Below, piece after piece: positions 55,988 through 64,000 of a stretch of DNA of 64,000 bases. The notes under the pieces are model-generated. The model was not told where the DNA came from and made no database searches. It saw only the letters and a program-made list of their open reading frames with translations. Source of the stretch: an uncultured Gemmatimonadales bacterium (GTDB taxonomy: Bacteria > Gemmatimonadota > Gemmatimonadetes > Gemmatimonadales > GWC2-71-9); assembly GCA_963779755.1 (NCBI GenBank), contig CAVZZO010000003.1:1746633-1810632 (forward strand). The letters are read 5' to 3'. How positions within the stretch are numbered: the first letter of the stretch is position 1; each line of letters starts with the position of its first letter. The position numbers and the translations under genes are program-made.

Positions 55988-57847
55988 ATGCACAGCGACG
56001 CGCCCGGCCCCCGCCTGTCCCCTCCGGTCGACACCACCCGGGACCATATCTCGGGGCCGGTGGAGGCGCCGGCCACGCTGGTCGAGTTCGGCGATTACGA
56101 GTGCCCCTACTGCGGCCGGGCGCATCGCGGCATCATCCGCCTGCGGGACGAACGCCTGCCGGGGCAGCTGCGCTATGTCTTCCGCCACCTGCCCCATCCC
56201 CGCATCCATCCCCACGCCCAGCTTGCCGCGGAAGCGGCGGAAGCCGCGGCGGCGCAGGGCAAGTTCTGGGAAATGCACGACTGGCTCTTCACCCACCAGA
56301 ACGACCTTCACCGGGAAGGTCTGATCGCGGGCGCCGGCGCGATCGGCCTCGATGTCGCGCGATTCACCGGCGATCTCGACACCCACCGCTTCGGGGACCG
56401 CGTCCGGGAAGATGTGGACAGCGCGGCCCGGAGCGGCGCCCGGGCGACCCCGACGTTCTACGTGGAGGACCGGCGCTACGACGGTCCCTGGGATGCCGAG
56501 TCCGTACTCGAGGCCATCCGCAAACCGCTGGGCTGGCGGCTGCGCTTCCTCGCGCAGCAGTTCGCCGGACTCTCGATTTCGAGCGGGTTGCTCATGCTGC
56601 TCGCTGTCCTGCTGGCGCTGGGATGGGCGAACTCGCCCTGGGGCGACAGCTATCATCGCCTGTGGGCCACCGTCGCCGGCACCAGGATGGGCGGGCTGAA
56701 CCTGGCCCTCCCGCTGCGCGAGTGGGTCAACGACGGGCTCATCGTCATCTTCTTCCTGGTGGTGGCGCTGGAGATCCGGCAGGAAATCACCGCCGGCGAG
56801 CTGCGCACCGCGCGCCGGGCGGCGCTGCCGATCGCGGCGGCGCTCCTGGGCATGCTCTTCCCCGGGCTCATCTACCTCCTCTTCAATCACGGCGACCCCG
56901 CAGCCCACGGCTGGGGCGTCCCGATCGGGACCGACACCGCACTCGCCCTGGGCATCATGGCGATCCTGGGATCCCGCGTGCCGCTGGCCGTTGCGCGTGT
57001 TCGTCGCCGCGGCGGCGGTGGTGGACGACGTCGGTTCGCTCCTGGTCATCGCGGTGTTCTATACCGGGCATGTCGCGATCGCCCGGCTCCTCATTGCCCT
57101 CGCGCTGTGGCTGCTGGCGCTTGGCCTCAACCGCGCGCGGGTGTACCGGACGCTGCCCTACGCCGTGATTGGGGTGCTCCTCTGGCTGGCGGTGCTGGGC
57201 TCCGGCGTCCACCCGACGCTGGCGGGCGTGCTGATGGCGTTCGTGATCCCCAGCCGCCGGCCACCCAATACCGGCACCCTGCTGGAACAGTCGCAGTCCC
57301 TGCTAGCTGAGCATGGAGGCGCCCACCATGGGAAAACCGAGCCCGGCAACATACACGGGCCGCCGTGCGTGCGCTGGAAGAGGTGGTTGACCGCCTGCTG
57401 TCTCCCGCGCAGCGGCTCACCCGGAACGTGCAGCCGTGGTCGGCCTATCTGGTGCTGCCGGTGTTCGCCTTCGCGAATGCGGGGATCGCGCTGCGGCTCC
57501 ATGTCCAGGAGCTGCTCCAGCCAATCAGCCTCGGCATCTTCCTGGGCCTGGTCGTGGGAAAACCACTGGGGATCTCGCTCGGCGCCTGGCTGGCGACCCG
57601 GCTTGGCGTCGCCACCAAGCCCGACGAGATCGCCTGGCAGCAGCTGGTGGGCGCGTCGGTGCTCTGCGGCATCGGGTTCACCGTCGCGTTCTTCGTGGCG
57701 GACATCACGTTCCAGGACCCGCCCACGCTGGCGCTGGTCAAGACCAGTGTGCTGGTGGCGTCGCTGGTGGCGGGTGTAGCGGGGTGGCTGATCCTGCGCT
57801 CGGCGTGGGGACGGGGTTCGAGCGAGCGGACGGCGCCGGCGGAGTAG
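55988..57847 (+). pseudogene. nhaA: DsbA-like thioredoxin domain fused to Na+/H+ antiporter NhaA; two frame disruptions
   Basis: FGDYECPYCGRA (CxxC) is DsbA-like. The NhaA body is split over three ORFs: ...GTDTALALGIMAILGSRVPLAV | RVFVAAAAVVDDVGSLLVIAVFYT...GVHPTLAGV | ...QPWSAYLVLPVFAFANAG...CGIGFTVAFF. The shifts are at ~56988 and ~57335. Confidence 0.75.
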
Positions 57848-57876
57848 CCTCTGGCAGCAGGGGAACAGCAGGTTCC

Positions 57877-59547
57877 TCACGGCCTCCGCCGGAGGGTGAC
57901 CGTCCAGAGCGGCGCCCACTCTCCCGAGGAGGATCGAACGGCCGTCTCGAACTCCACGCTATCTCCGGCTATCCGGCTCCAGCGAGTCCGCACCCGGCGG
58001 CTGGTCGAGTCGGCGCTTTCCGTGGTCTCCAGCAGGGCGGTAGTGCCGTCCACCGATCCCTCGAGTCGCTCGATGATCCCCTGCCGGTTGTCGAGCCGGT
58101 ACTCCACCCAGCGGCGCAGATCGGGCTGGAAGGTCCGGACCCGGTAGACCTTCACGGCCCGAGCCCCCTCGCCCAGGGTGAGGAAATCCATCTGGCCGCA
58201 GCCATTCAGGATCTCGTAGGATCGAGCCCGGGCGGGCACCGTATCTCCCGCGGCCAGGATCGCCTCTCCCTGCCACTCGCCCAGCCAGGCGTCCATCCCG
58301 TGGATTTCAGGATATGTGCAGCGGTCCCGCAGTTGGGTGGGGCCGTTCAGCAACGGGTCGGCCAGGGAGTCCCTCCGGGTGAACTCCATGATCCAGCTGC
58401 CGGCCCAGGTCTGTCCTCTGTCCCGGGAGACGCCGTCGTTCCAGCGGAGGGAATTGGGCGTGATGTCAGAAAAGCTGAAACGGACCTGCACCGGGTTCCC
58501 GGCCGTATCGGTGAAGGTGCGGAGGAAGTCGCCCCGGCCGTCGCGGAAGTCGCCCTCCAGGGTGAAGAAGCGGGGCTGCTCCGGTCGAGGCCAGAGGAGC
58601 ACCAGGTCCCACTTGTGCTTGTGCGGATTCCAGACCCGCAGACTGTAGCCGAGTACCTGGCCCTGGGCCGCGGTGCCAAGCCAATGCTCCACCATCCCGC
58701 ACCCGTCCGCCACCGGATAGACCCGGTCGGTGGCATGCCCCGTGATCCCCCATTCGGTTCCCTGGGGGCGGCGCTGGCGGTTCACCACATCCCATTGGCC
58801 GATCCAGAAATCGAACTGCCGGTAGGCGGGATCCCGGCAGGGAGCGGCGGTGGAAGACGCAGGCGCATTCCTCAGGGAATCCGCCCGCCGCCGCTTCAGC
58901 CACGCCGCCACCGACACCTCGGGCGACGCCAGCATGATCATGTAGGCCTGGGGTCCCTGGTAGGCGATGAAGGGCAGGCCGCTGGAAAAGTCGCCGTTGT
59001 AGCCGATGTCCTCGTTGGTGAGGTTGGGCGCGTAGAACATCACGTGGGGTGGGAACGGCGCCAGCTTGCCGGTCCGGTAGACGTACTGCTCGGTGCTGTC
59101 GGACAGCATGTAGGCGATACCGGGGCGGCGGGGCGAGATGTAGGTGCCGTCCCGGAACCCCCGGGCGATGATCCTGCTGATGGAATCCGGGGTGATGCCT
59201 TGCAGCAGCAGCTCGCCCCAGCGCCGCACCACCGGCAAGATGGTCGCCGTGCCCTCGGCGTCCCAGCAGGTGGGTTTGCGGGCCAGCGGGTGATCCCGGT
59301 TCACGGCGCAGGTGAAGCCGTTGGACGAGTTGCGTACTTCCACCCAGCCGCTGGACTGGAGCGCCCATACGCCGGCGCCGTCCCGCAGGTTGGGTGGCGC
59401 CGCGCTCAGGGCGAGGGCGACCTCGGCCTGGAGCGGGAGGAGGCGCACCGGCTGCTGGGCTCGGGCGCCGGCGGGTACAAGGGAAAGAAGGAAGAGAAGG
59501 GCCATCCCCGCCGCGGCAGAGGACGGTATCTCGCGCACGTGCCGCAT
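57877..59547 (-). CDS. secreted protein of unknown function with two DUF1579-like C-terminal repeats
   Basis: 556 aa with a signal peptide. Repeated motifs are FDFWIGQWDV and MDAWLGEWQGEA. Confidence 0.55.
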   Translation of the reverse strand: MRHVREIPSSAAAGMALLFLLSLVPAGARAQQPVRLLPLQAEVALALSAAPPNLRDGAGVWALQSSGWVEVRNSSNGFTCAVNRDHPLARKPTCWDAEGTATILPVVRRWGELLLQGITPDSISRIIARGFRDGTYISPRRPGIAYMLSDSTEQYVYRTGKLAPFPPHVMFYAPNLTNEDIGYNGDFSSGLPFIAYQGPQAYMIMLASPEVSVAAWLKRRRADSLRNAPASSTAAPCRDPAYRQFDFWIGQWDVVNRQRRPQGTEWGITGHATDRVYPVADGCGMVEHWLGTAAQGQVLGYSLRVWNPHKHKWDLVLLWPRPEQPRFFTLEGDFRDGRGDFLRTFTDTAGNPVQVRFSFSDITPNSLRWNDGVSRDRGQTWAGSWIMEFTRRDSLADPLLNGPTQLRDRCTYPEIHGMDAWLGEWQGEAILAAGDTVPARARSYEILNGCGQMDFLTLGEGARAVKVYRVRTFQPDLRRWVEYRLDNRQGIIERLEGSVDGTTALLETTESADSTSRRVRTRWSRIAGDSVEFETAVRSSSGEWAPLWTVTLRRRP

Positions 59548-59665
59548 GATGCCTCCCCGGACGTGTCGAAATGCACCAAACAGGTGGCTCAGCTCAGTCC
59601 TACTCTACGCGGGAGATCCGGGAGAGATTCGACGGGGAGGCAGTCTTGCCCGAGATCGCCAGATC

Positions 59666-60235
59666 CTAACGAAGCGAGCGTGCTTCGAAGAACACCCACA
59701 TTTCCCGCGTCGCGTCGATGCTCGCGCTGGTGCGGCCGACATACCACTTCGGCATCGGCTTGCCGCCGGGCCAGGTGTGCCCGCCGCCCTCGATTGTGTT
59801 CAGCACGACGGAAGCGCCTTCGGAGCAATCGGCGTACTCCAGCCGTGAGACATCCGGTGCCAGGGTGGATTCGACCGGGCTTTCCCCGCAGCTGTTCCTC
59901 GCGGCCCAGCTCGCCATAAAGTCGCGGATAGCGGGGAACACCGGCTTCACCGGATTGAACGGATCGCCCAGCCGGCCGCCGGCGTAGGGCACCATCGGGT
60001 CGGCGGTGCCGTGGAAGGCGATCACCGGCACCGGCCGGGTGCTTCTGCACCAGTCTGCCGGCAGCGCCTGCGCCGGGGCCACCATCCCCACCGCCGCGAT
60101 CCGGCCGGCCATGGTGCAGGAGAGCACGTACGCCATCCCGCCGCCGTTGGAGATCCCGTTGGCGTAGATCCGCGCCGAGTCGATCTTGTAGGCGGCCTGG
60201 AGCGTGTCTACCAGGTCGGCGATGAAGCGGATGGT
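59666..60235 (-). pseudogene. 5'-truncated PHB-depolymerase/LpqC-family esterase
   Basis: Homology starts abruptly at IRFIADLVDTLQAAYKIDSARIYANGISNGGGMAY (Ser nucleophile GISNGG). The upstream part is replaced by (GTACCGCC)3. Confidence 0.6.
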
Positions 60236-60258
60236 AAGTTGGCGGCCCGGAGCGAACC

Positions 60259-60281
60259 TACCGCCGTACCGCCGTACCGCC
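60259..60281. repeat. short (GTACCGCC)n tract, the inverse orientation of the 10205 microsatellite
   Basis: TACCGCC GTACCGCC GTACCGCC at the truncation point of the esterase gene. Confidence 0.85.
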
Positions 60282-60329
60282 GGCGGCCGGACGAACCACC
60301 AGCTATGCCAGATGCGGAGAGAGCACGCA

Positions 60330-60641
60330 TCAGCTCTCCAGCCGGTACACCTCGCGCCGGCCCGATTCCACCAGGTCATGATAGTCCTTCATGATGGCCT
60401 CCATTTCCTTCATGACGCCCTCATCCTGCCCGCCGCCCCGCATCATCCGTTCGAACTCATCCATGCTCTCCACCTCTATTTCGGCCACCACGGTCCAGAA
60501 TCGTTCGGCCGAGAAGTCGGTCATGACCCGCATCGCCGGCATGCCCATCTTGGGACCGAGCTTGTTCATGGCCAGGAACTTGTCCACCATCGGGCGCACC
60601 TTGCCCGGCTTGCAGAACATGATGTCGCGAACGAGCAGCAT
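60330..60641 (-). CDS. small alpha/beta protein (Dabb/ferredoxin-like fold?), unknown
   Basis: 103 aa from ATG 60641, with GGAGG upstream. MLLVRDIMFCKPGKVRPMVDKF... Confidence 0.5.
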   Translation of the reverse strand: MLLVRDIMFCKPGKVRPMVDKFLAMNKLGPKMGMPAMRVMTDFSAERFWTVVAEIEVESMDEFERMMRGGGQDEGVMKEMEAIMKDYHDLVESGRREVYRLES

Positions 60642-60825
60642 AAGGCCTCCGGGGTTCCGGGTTGGCAGGAATGGGTCTCGATCGGGCGGCCTGGCGATGA
60701 TCCCAATCGAGGCGCGGCACCTCGGTAGTCTAGCCCCTCTCCCTGAAACCGATCCACCAAGGGTTCCCTGAGCAGGAAAGGCCCGGGTATCCCCGGTGCC
60801 CTGCGTCGCTCTGACAACCATCCGG

Positions 60826-60854
60826 TTGACAAATCTTCCCGGCCATGGTAACGT
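60826..60854 (+). promoter_or_regulatory. sigma-70-like promoter giving a leaderless arsR mRNA
   Basis: TTGACA 60826-60831, 17-nt spacer, TAACGT 60849-60854, then 7 nt to ATG 60862. Confidence 0.55.
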
Positions 60855-60861
60855 AAACCAT

Positions 60862-61200
60862 ATGGTTGACGCCAAAGCCCATCTCGACTCGGTATTTCAT
60901 GCCCTCGCCGACCCTACCCGGCGCAGCATGCTGCGCCGGCTCGCCGGCGGGGGTGCCCTGGTCAAGGACCTGGCGGAGCCGTTCGCCATGAGCAAGCAGG
61001 CGGTCTCCAAGCACCTGCACGTGCTGGAAGAGGCCGGACTGGTGGAGAAGGTGGCGGAAGGAAGGTCAACCCGGGTCAGGCTGCGGCCGGGCCCGCTGCG
61101 AGAGGTGGAAGACTGGATCTCGTTCTACAGCGGCTTCTGGACCGGAAGTCTGGTAGCGCTGGGCGACATCGTTGACGGAGAAGAGGAGAAAGGCGAATGA
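60862..61200 (+). CDS. ArsR/SmtB-family transcriptional regulator
   Basis: FHALADPTRRSMLRRL...VKDLAEPFAMSKQAVSKHLHVLEEAGLV. Confidence 0.85.
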   Translation: MVDAKAHLDSVFHALADPTRRSMLRRLAGGGALVKDLAEPFAMSKQAVSKHLHVLEEAGLVEKVAEGRSTRVRLRPGPLREVEDWISFYSGFWTGSLVALGDIVDGEEEKGE

Positions 61201-61628
61201 CGGTTTCCAACGCAGTCATAGTCACGCGGACCTTCCAGGCGCCGCCGGAGCGGGTGTTCGCCGCGTTCGAGAACCCGGCGGAGATGGGGAAGTGGATGGG
61301 CGGGCACGGGGCCAGAACTGAAGTGCACACGCTGGAGGTGCACGAGGGCGGCGCGGTGCTGGTGCAGATGAGCTGGGACAACGGCATGTCCATCAAGCTC
61401 TACGGCACCTTCCAGCGAGTGAAAAAGCCCTCACTGCTTCAGTTCACCTGGGCGATGGAGGGCGACGACGCCAACAAGGGCGTCGTGACGGTGGAGTTCC
61501 GACCCCAGGGAACCGGGACCGAGCTGACCCTGACCCACGAAGGCCTCACCGGCCGGGCGCAGGCCCAGTCGAAGGCGGGCTGGAACGGATGGTTTGATCA
61601 GCTGCAGCGCCTGGTGGAGGCGGCATAG
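61197..61628 (+). CDS. AHSA1/SRPBCC-family protein
   Basis: 143 aa. ATGA overlap with arsR. VTRTFQAPPERVFAAFENPAEMGKW. Confidence 0.8.
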   Translation: MTVSNAVIVTRTFQAPPERVFAAFENPAEMGKWMGGHGARTEVHTLEVHEGGAVLVQMSWDNGMSIKLYGTFQRVKKPSLLQFTWAMEGDDANKGVVTVEFRPQGTGTELTLTHEGLTGRAQAQSKAGWNGWFDQLQRLVEAA

Positions 61629-61677
61629 CCCTGCCGAGCGGCGAAGCGGCGACGGACTTGGTCAGAGGAGGGTCACG

Positions 61678-61914
61678 ATGAACGGAAACAAGTGGGTCCG
61701 GCAGATTCACCGCTGGCTGTCCCTGGCCTTTACGGTGGCCGTCGTCGTCAACATCGTCGAGCGGGGACGGCAGCCTCCCGTCTGGGTCTATCTTCTGGCG
61801 CTGGTCGCGCTCGGCCTGCTCCTGCTCACCGGCCTGTACCTGTTCATCCTGCCGTATCTCAGCCGGTCGCGCAGCGGGCGGCGTGCGGGTAGGGTGACCC
61901 CGGTCCTGGAGTGA
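61678..61914 (+). CDS. small two-TM membrane protein
   Basis: 78 aa from ATG 61678, with GAGGAGGG upstream. Two hydrophobic segments. Confidence 0.5.
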   Translation: MNGNKWVRQIHRWLSLAFTVAVVVNIVERGRQPPVWVYLLALVALGLLLLTGLYLFILPYLSRSRSGRRAGRVTPVLE

Positions 61915-62040
61915 ACATGACGGTTCGCCGGACGTCGAGGCAACCGGCCAGGCGCGGGGACGCGCCCGATCAGGGCGCCGGAGGTCACAGGCGCGAACGC
62001 AGGGTGGCGGGGGTGAACACCTCCGCCTTGGGCGCCCGGC

Positions 62041-63459
62041 TCAGCGGGATGGGGCCGCGGGGTTTCCCGCGAGATTGGGCTCCATCACCCGGATAAAGAA
62101 CATGGCATCCATCACGTCGGGCCAGACGGCTCGCATGCCCTGGTTCCCCAGCGGCCTGCTGACGATGGGCTCCCTGAGCCAACCGCCCTGGGCGGCGGGG
62201 GTGCGAAAGTCCAGCAGCGCGTAATCGAAACGAGCGGCGTTGAGCAGTTCCTCCAGCTCGATGGAGGGATCCTGGTCTTTTTCCGTGACGCTCAGGAAGC
62301 TGCCATCGTTGCCCTTCGGATCGCCGATGCCGTGGCTCCCTTCATAGGACGTGAAGCCGATCGTGTACGCTTGCCGGCCTGACCTCCCCCACACTCCGTC
62401 GCCTACGGTCGCGATACCGGCATAGCTCTGGCGTGGCTCGGCCGGGTTGATGGTGGCCTCGATGGTTGACGCCTGACGCACCAGGTGCATGGAGGCTCCC
62501 CAGACGATGACCTTCCGGCCGCGGTACTGGTGATCGGTCAGCCAGAGCAGGTTATCGGCGCCCTGCCGGTCACGCAGATTGAACGCCGTCCAGTTGCGCT
62601 CGTCGGGAGTGCCCGGAAAACCGTGCTCCCGTACCCACCACGTCAGCTCGCCACAGGATTCGAGGCTGCTCAAAACCACCTGTCGCCAGAAGCTCGTCCG
62701 GGCTTCGTTGCCAGGAGTCGTGGCCGCAGCCAGCCGGTCCCGCAGCAGCTCGAGGCCGTCATGGAAGGCCTTGCGCGTGGCGGAGTCCGGGGCCGGCAGC
62801 CCGTTGGGGCCGTACTTGTGCCCGAACAGGTTCAGGGCGAGCGTCCTGGCTTCGGTTCCCGGCGTCGTCACGTCGGAGGTGATGCCGAGCCCGGCCACGA
62901 GCGTGTCCAGCTCGTTGAGCAGGCCCCGGGACGTGATCGACGTGAACTGCAGGTCGAAGCCGGCCAGTTCCAGCGGACGCGCGGACCTCGCCGAGCGTCC
63001 GATGTAGTCGAACAGCTCGTAGACCTGGGGACTGCGCGACCACACCGGGAACATCCCGCGCTGCACCGCCGCACGGGGCTCCTCACCCCGGGCGATCGAC
63101 TCCCACACCTTCGCCATATCGTAGAAGGGGCTCTCGAAGACCAGCACGTCGAAACCCATCTGCTCGTGGAGGAACTGCACCAGCCGCGACTTGGCCAGCA
63201 TGGTCGTGCCGTCGCCGTGGCTGATCTCGCCGAGCATGACGATCCGTGAGTCGCCGATCATTGCCTTGAGCGGCTGAAGATCGCGATAGTCCCGGTCGGC
63301 CGGGTCAACGGTGCGGACCTGGACGGCGTGGGTTCGCAGCCACTTCACCCGCGGATCGGAAGAAAGTGCCGCGGAGTCGGGGCTCTGGATCGCGGGGCCC
63401 TGTGCCTGCGGACCAGCCGCGAGGAACAGGGACAGCAGAGCTGCCACGGAGATGAACAT
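62041..63459 (-). CDS. erythromycin-esterase-family (EreA/ChaN-like) secreted protein
   Basis: 472 aa. ...IVMLGEISHGDGTTM..., ...RDRQGADNLLWL..., ...VIVWGASMHL... Confidence 0.6.
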   Translation of the reverse strand: MFISVAALLSLFLAAGPQAQGPAIQSPDSAALSSDPRVKWLRTHAVQVRTVDPADRDYRDLQPLKAMIGDSRIVMLGEISHGDGTTMLAKSRLVQFLHEQMGFDVLVFESPFYDMAKVWESIARGEEPRAAVQRGMFPVWSRSPQVYELFDYIGRSARSARPLELAGFDLQFTSITSRGLLNELDTLVAGLGITSDVTTPGTEARTLALNLFGHKYGPNGLPAPDSATRKAFHDGLELLRDRLAAATTPGNEARTSFWRQVVLSSLESCGELTWWVREHGFPGTPDERNWTAFNLRDRQGADNLLWLTDHQYRGRKVIVWGASMHLVRQASTIEATINPAEPRQSYAGIATVGDGVWGRSGRQAYTIGFTSYEGSHGIGDPKGNDGSFLSVTEKDQDPSIELEELLNAARFDYALLDFRTPAAQGGWLREPIVSRPLGNQGMRAVWPDVMDAMFFIRVMEPNLAGNPAAPSR

Positions 63460-63595
63460 GGGGCCTTGTGCGCGGACGGCGCAGTGGACTGCCGGCGACG
63501 GGGCGGGGACTCATCAGGTCGGCGGACAGGCTGAAGGACGGTACCGCCCCTCACCGTCGAAGTCAAGCAGCCTCGCTCCCTGCGCAATGCCTCGT

Positions 63596-64000
63596 CTATC
63601 TCCGGGAGACTTCCGTGACTTCGTGCCTCCGTGTCGCGGTTTCTTGAGGAAGCGAGTGGGCTTCGAAGAACGCCCACATCTCCCGCCTCGCGTCAATACT
63701 CGCGCTGGTGTGTCCCACGTACCACTCCGGCATTGGTTTCCCGCGGGGGCCAGGTGTGGCCGCCGTTCTGGATGGTATTGAGCACCACGGCCGCGTCGCC
63801 CTCGCAGCCCGTGTATTCCAGGCGTGAGACGTCCGGGGCTACGGTAGATTCGGCCGGCGTCTCCCCGCAGCCGTTTCTCGCGGCCCAGCTCGCCATGAAG
63901 TCGCGGATGGCGGGGAACACCGGCTTCACCGGATTGAACGGATCGCCCAGCGGGCCGCCGGCGTAGGGCACCATCGGGTCGGCGGTGCCGTGGAAGGCGA
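63596..64000 (-). pseudogene. second PHB-depolymerase/LpqC-family esterase copy, 5' end beyond the window, frameshift at the G5 run 63745-63749
   Basis: ...VPYAGGPLGDPFNPVKPVFPAIRDFMASWAARNGCGE...NGGHTWP then shifts frame to GKPMPEWYVGHTSASIDARREMWAFFEAHS. The DNA is highly similar to 59666-60010. Confidence 0.6.

Noticed and set aside
59563-59589. Sixth TGTCGA box as an ECF-type promoter
   Set aside because: The position 16 nt downstream reads GGCTC, not TCGAC, and no gene lies downstream in that orientation.
1-64000. Prophage, integrative element or defence island
   Set aside because: There are no integrase, recombinase (other than the lone RAYT), phage structural, restriction-modification, toxin-antitoxin or nuclease/ATPase defence-type genes, and no tRNA attachment site.

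Overview
High-GC (roughly two-thirds G+C by eye) bacterial chromosomal segment with about 55 protein-coding genes. I found no rRNA, tRNA, CRISPR array, integrase or phage genes. The gene content is four complete Ser/Thr kinases with TolB-like/TPR sensor regions plus a probable fifth at the left edge, many small DinB / YciI / AHSA1 / ArsR paralogues, and Ig-like lipoproteins with a shared CHSD lipobox. This suggests a Gemmatimonadota- or Acidobacteriota-like organism, which is inference only. Most notable: (1) a PLC/AcpA-family phosphoesterase whose first ~120 aa form a strict 11-residue-periodic Cys-x-x-Trp ladder, in a tight operon of unknown genes; (2) two ECF42-type sigma factors (YciI/DGPF neighbour, C-terminal TPR extension) and five sense-oriented copies of TGTCGA-N16-TCGAC, defining a candidate regulon; (3) five tandem 98-99 bp repeats, each with an internal palindrome, in a 1.1 kb gene-free, lower-GC gap; (4) a translationally coupled TonB-dependent receptor / membrane protein / TiaS-kinase-domain-like trio next to two giant Ig/FN3 lipoproteins; (5) a cytoplasmic BNR propeller coupled to a MoaD/ThiS-like protein ending in GG; (6) a (GGCGGTAC)n microsatellite and long hairpins built from short repeated words; (7) a RAYT-type transposase beside REP-like palindromes; (8) a CarH/LitR-type regulator with a divergent promoter, and three regulators with identical leaderless promoter geometry. 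At least 13 indels in 9 genes and two in-frame TGA codons interrupt otherwise recognisable genes, so assembly indel error versus real gene decay must be settled first. All calls come from reading the ORF translations and DNA by eye; no database search was run.
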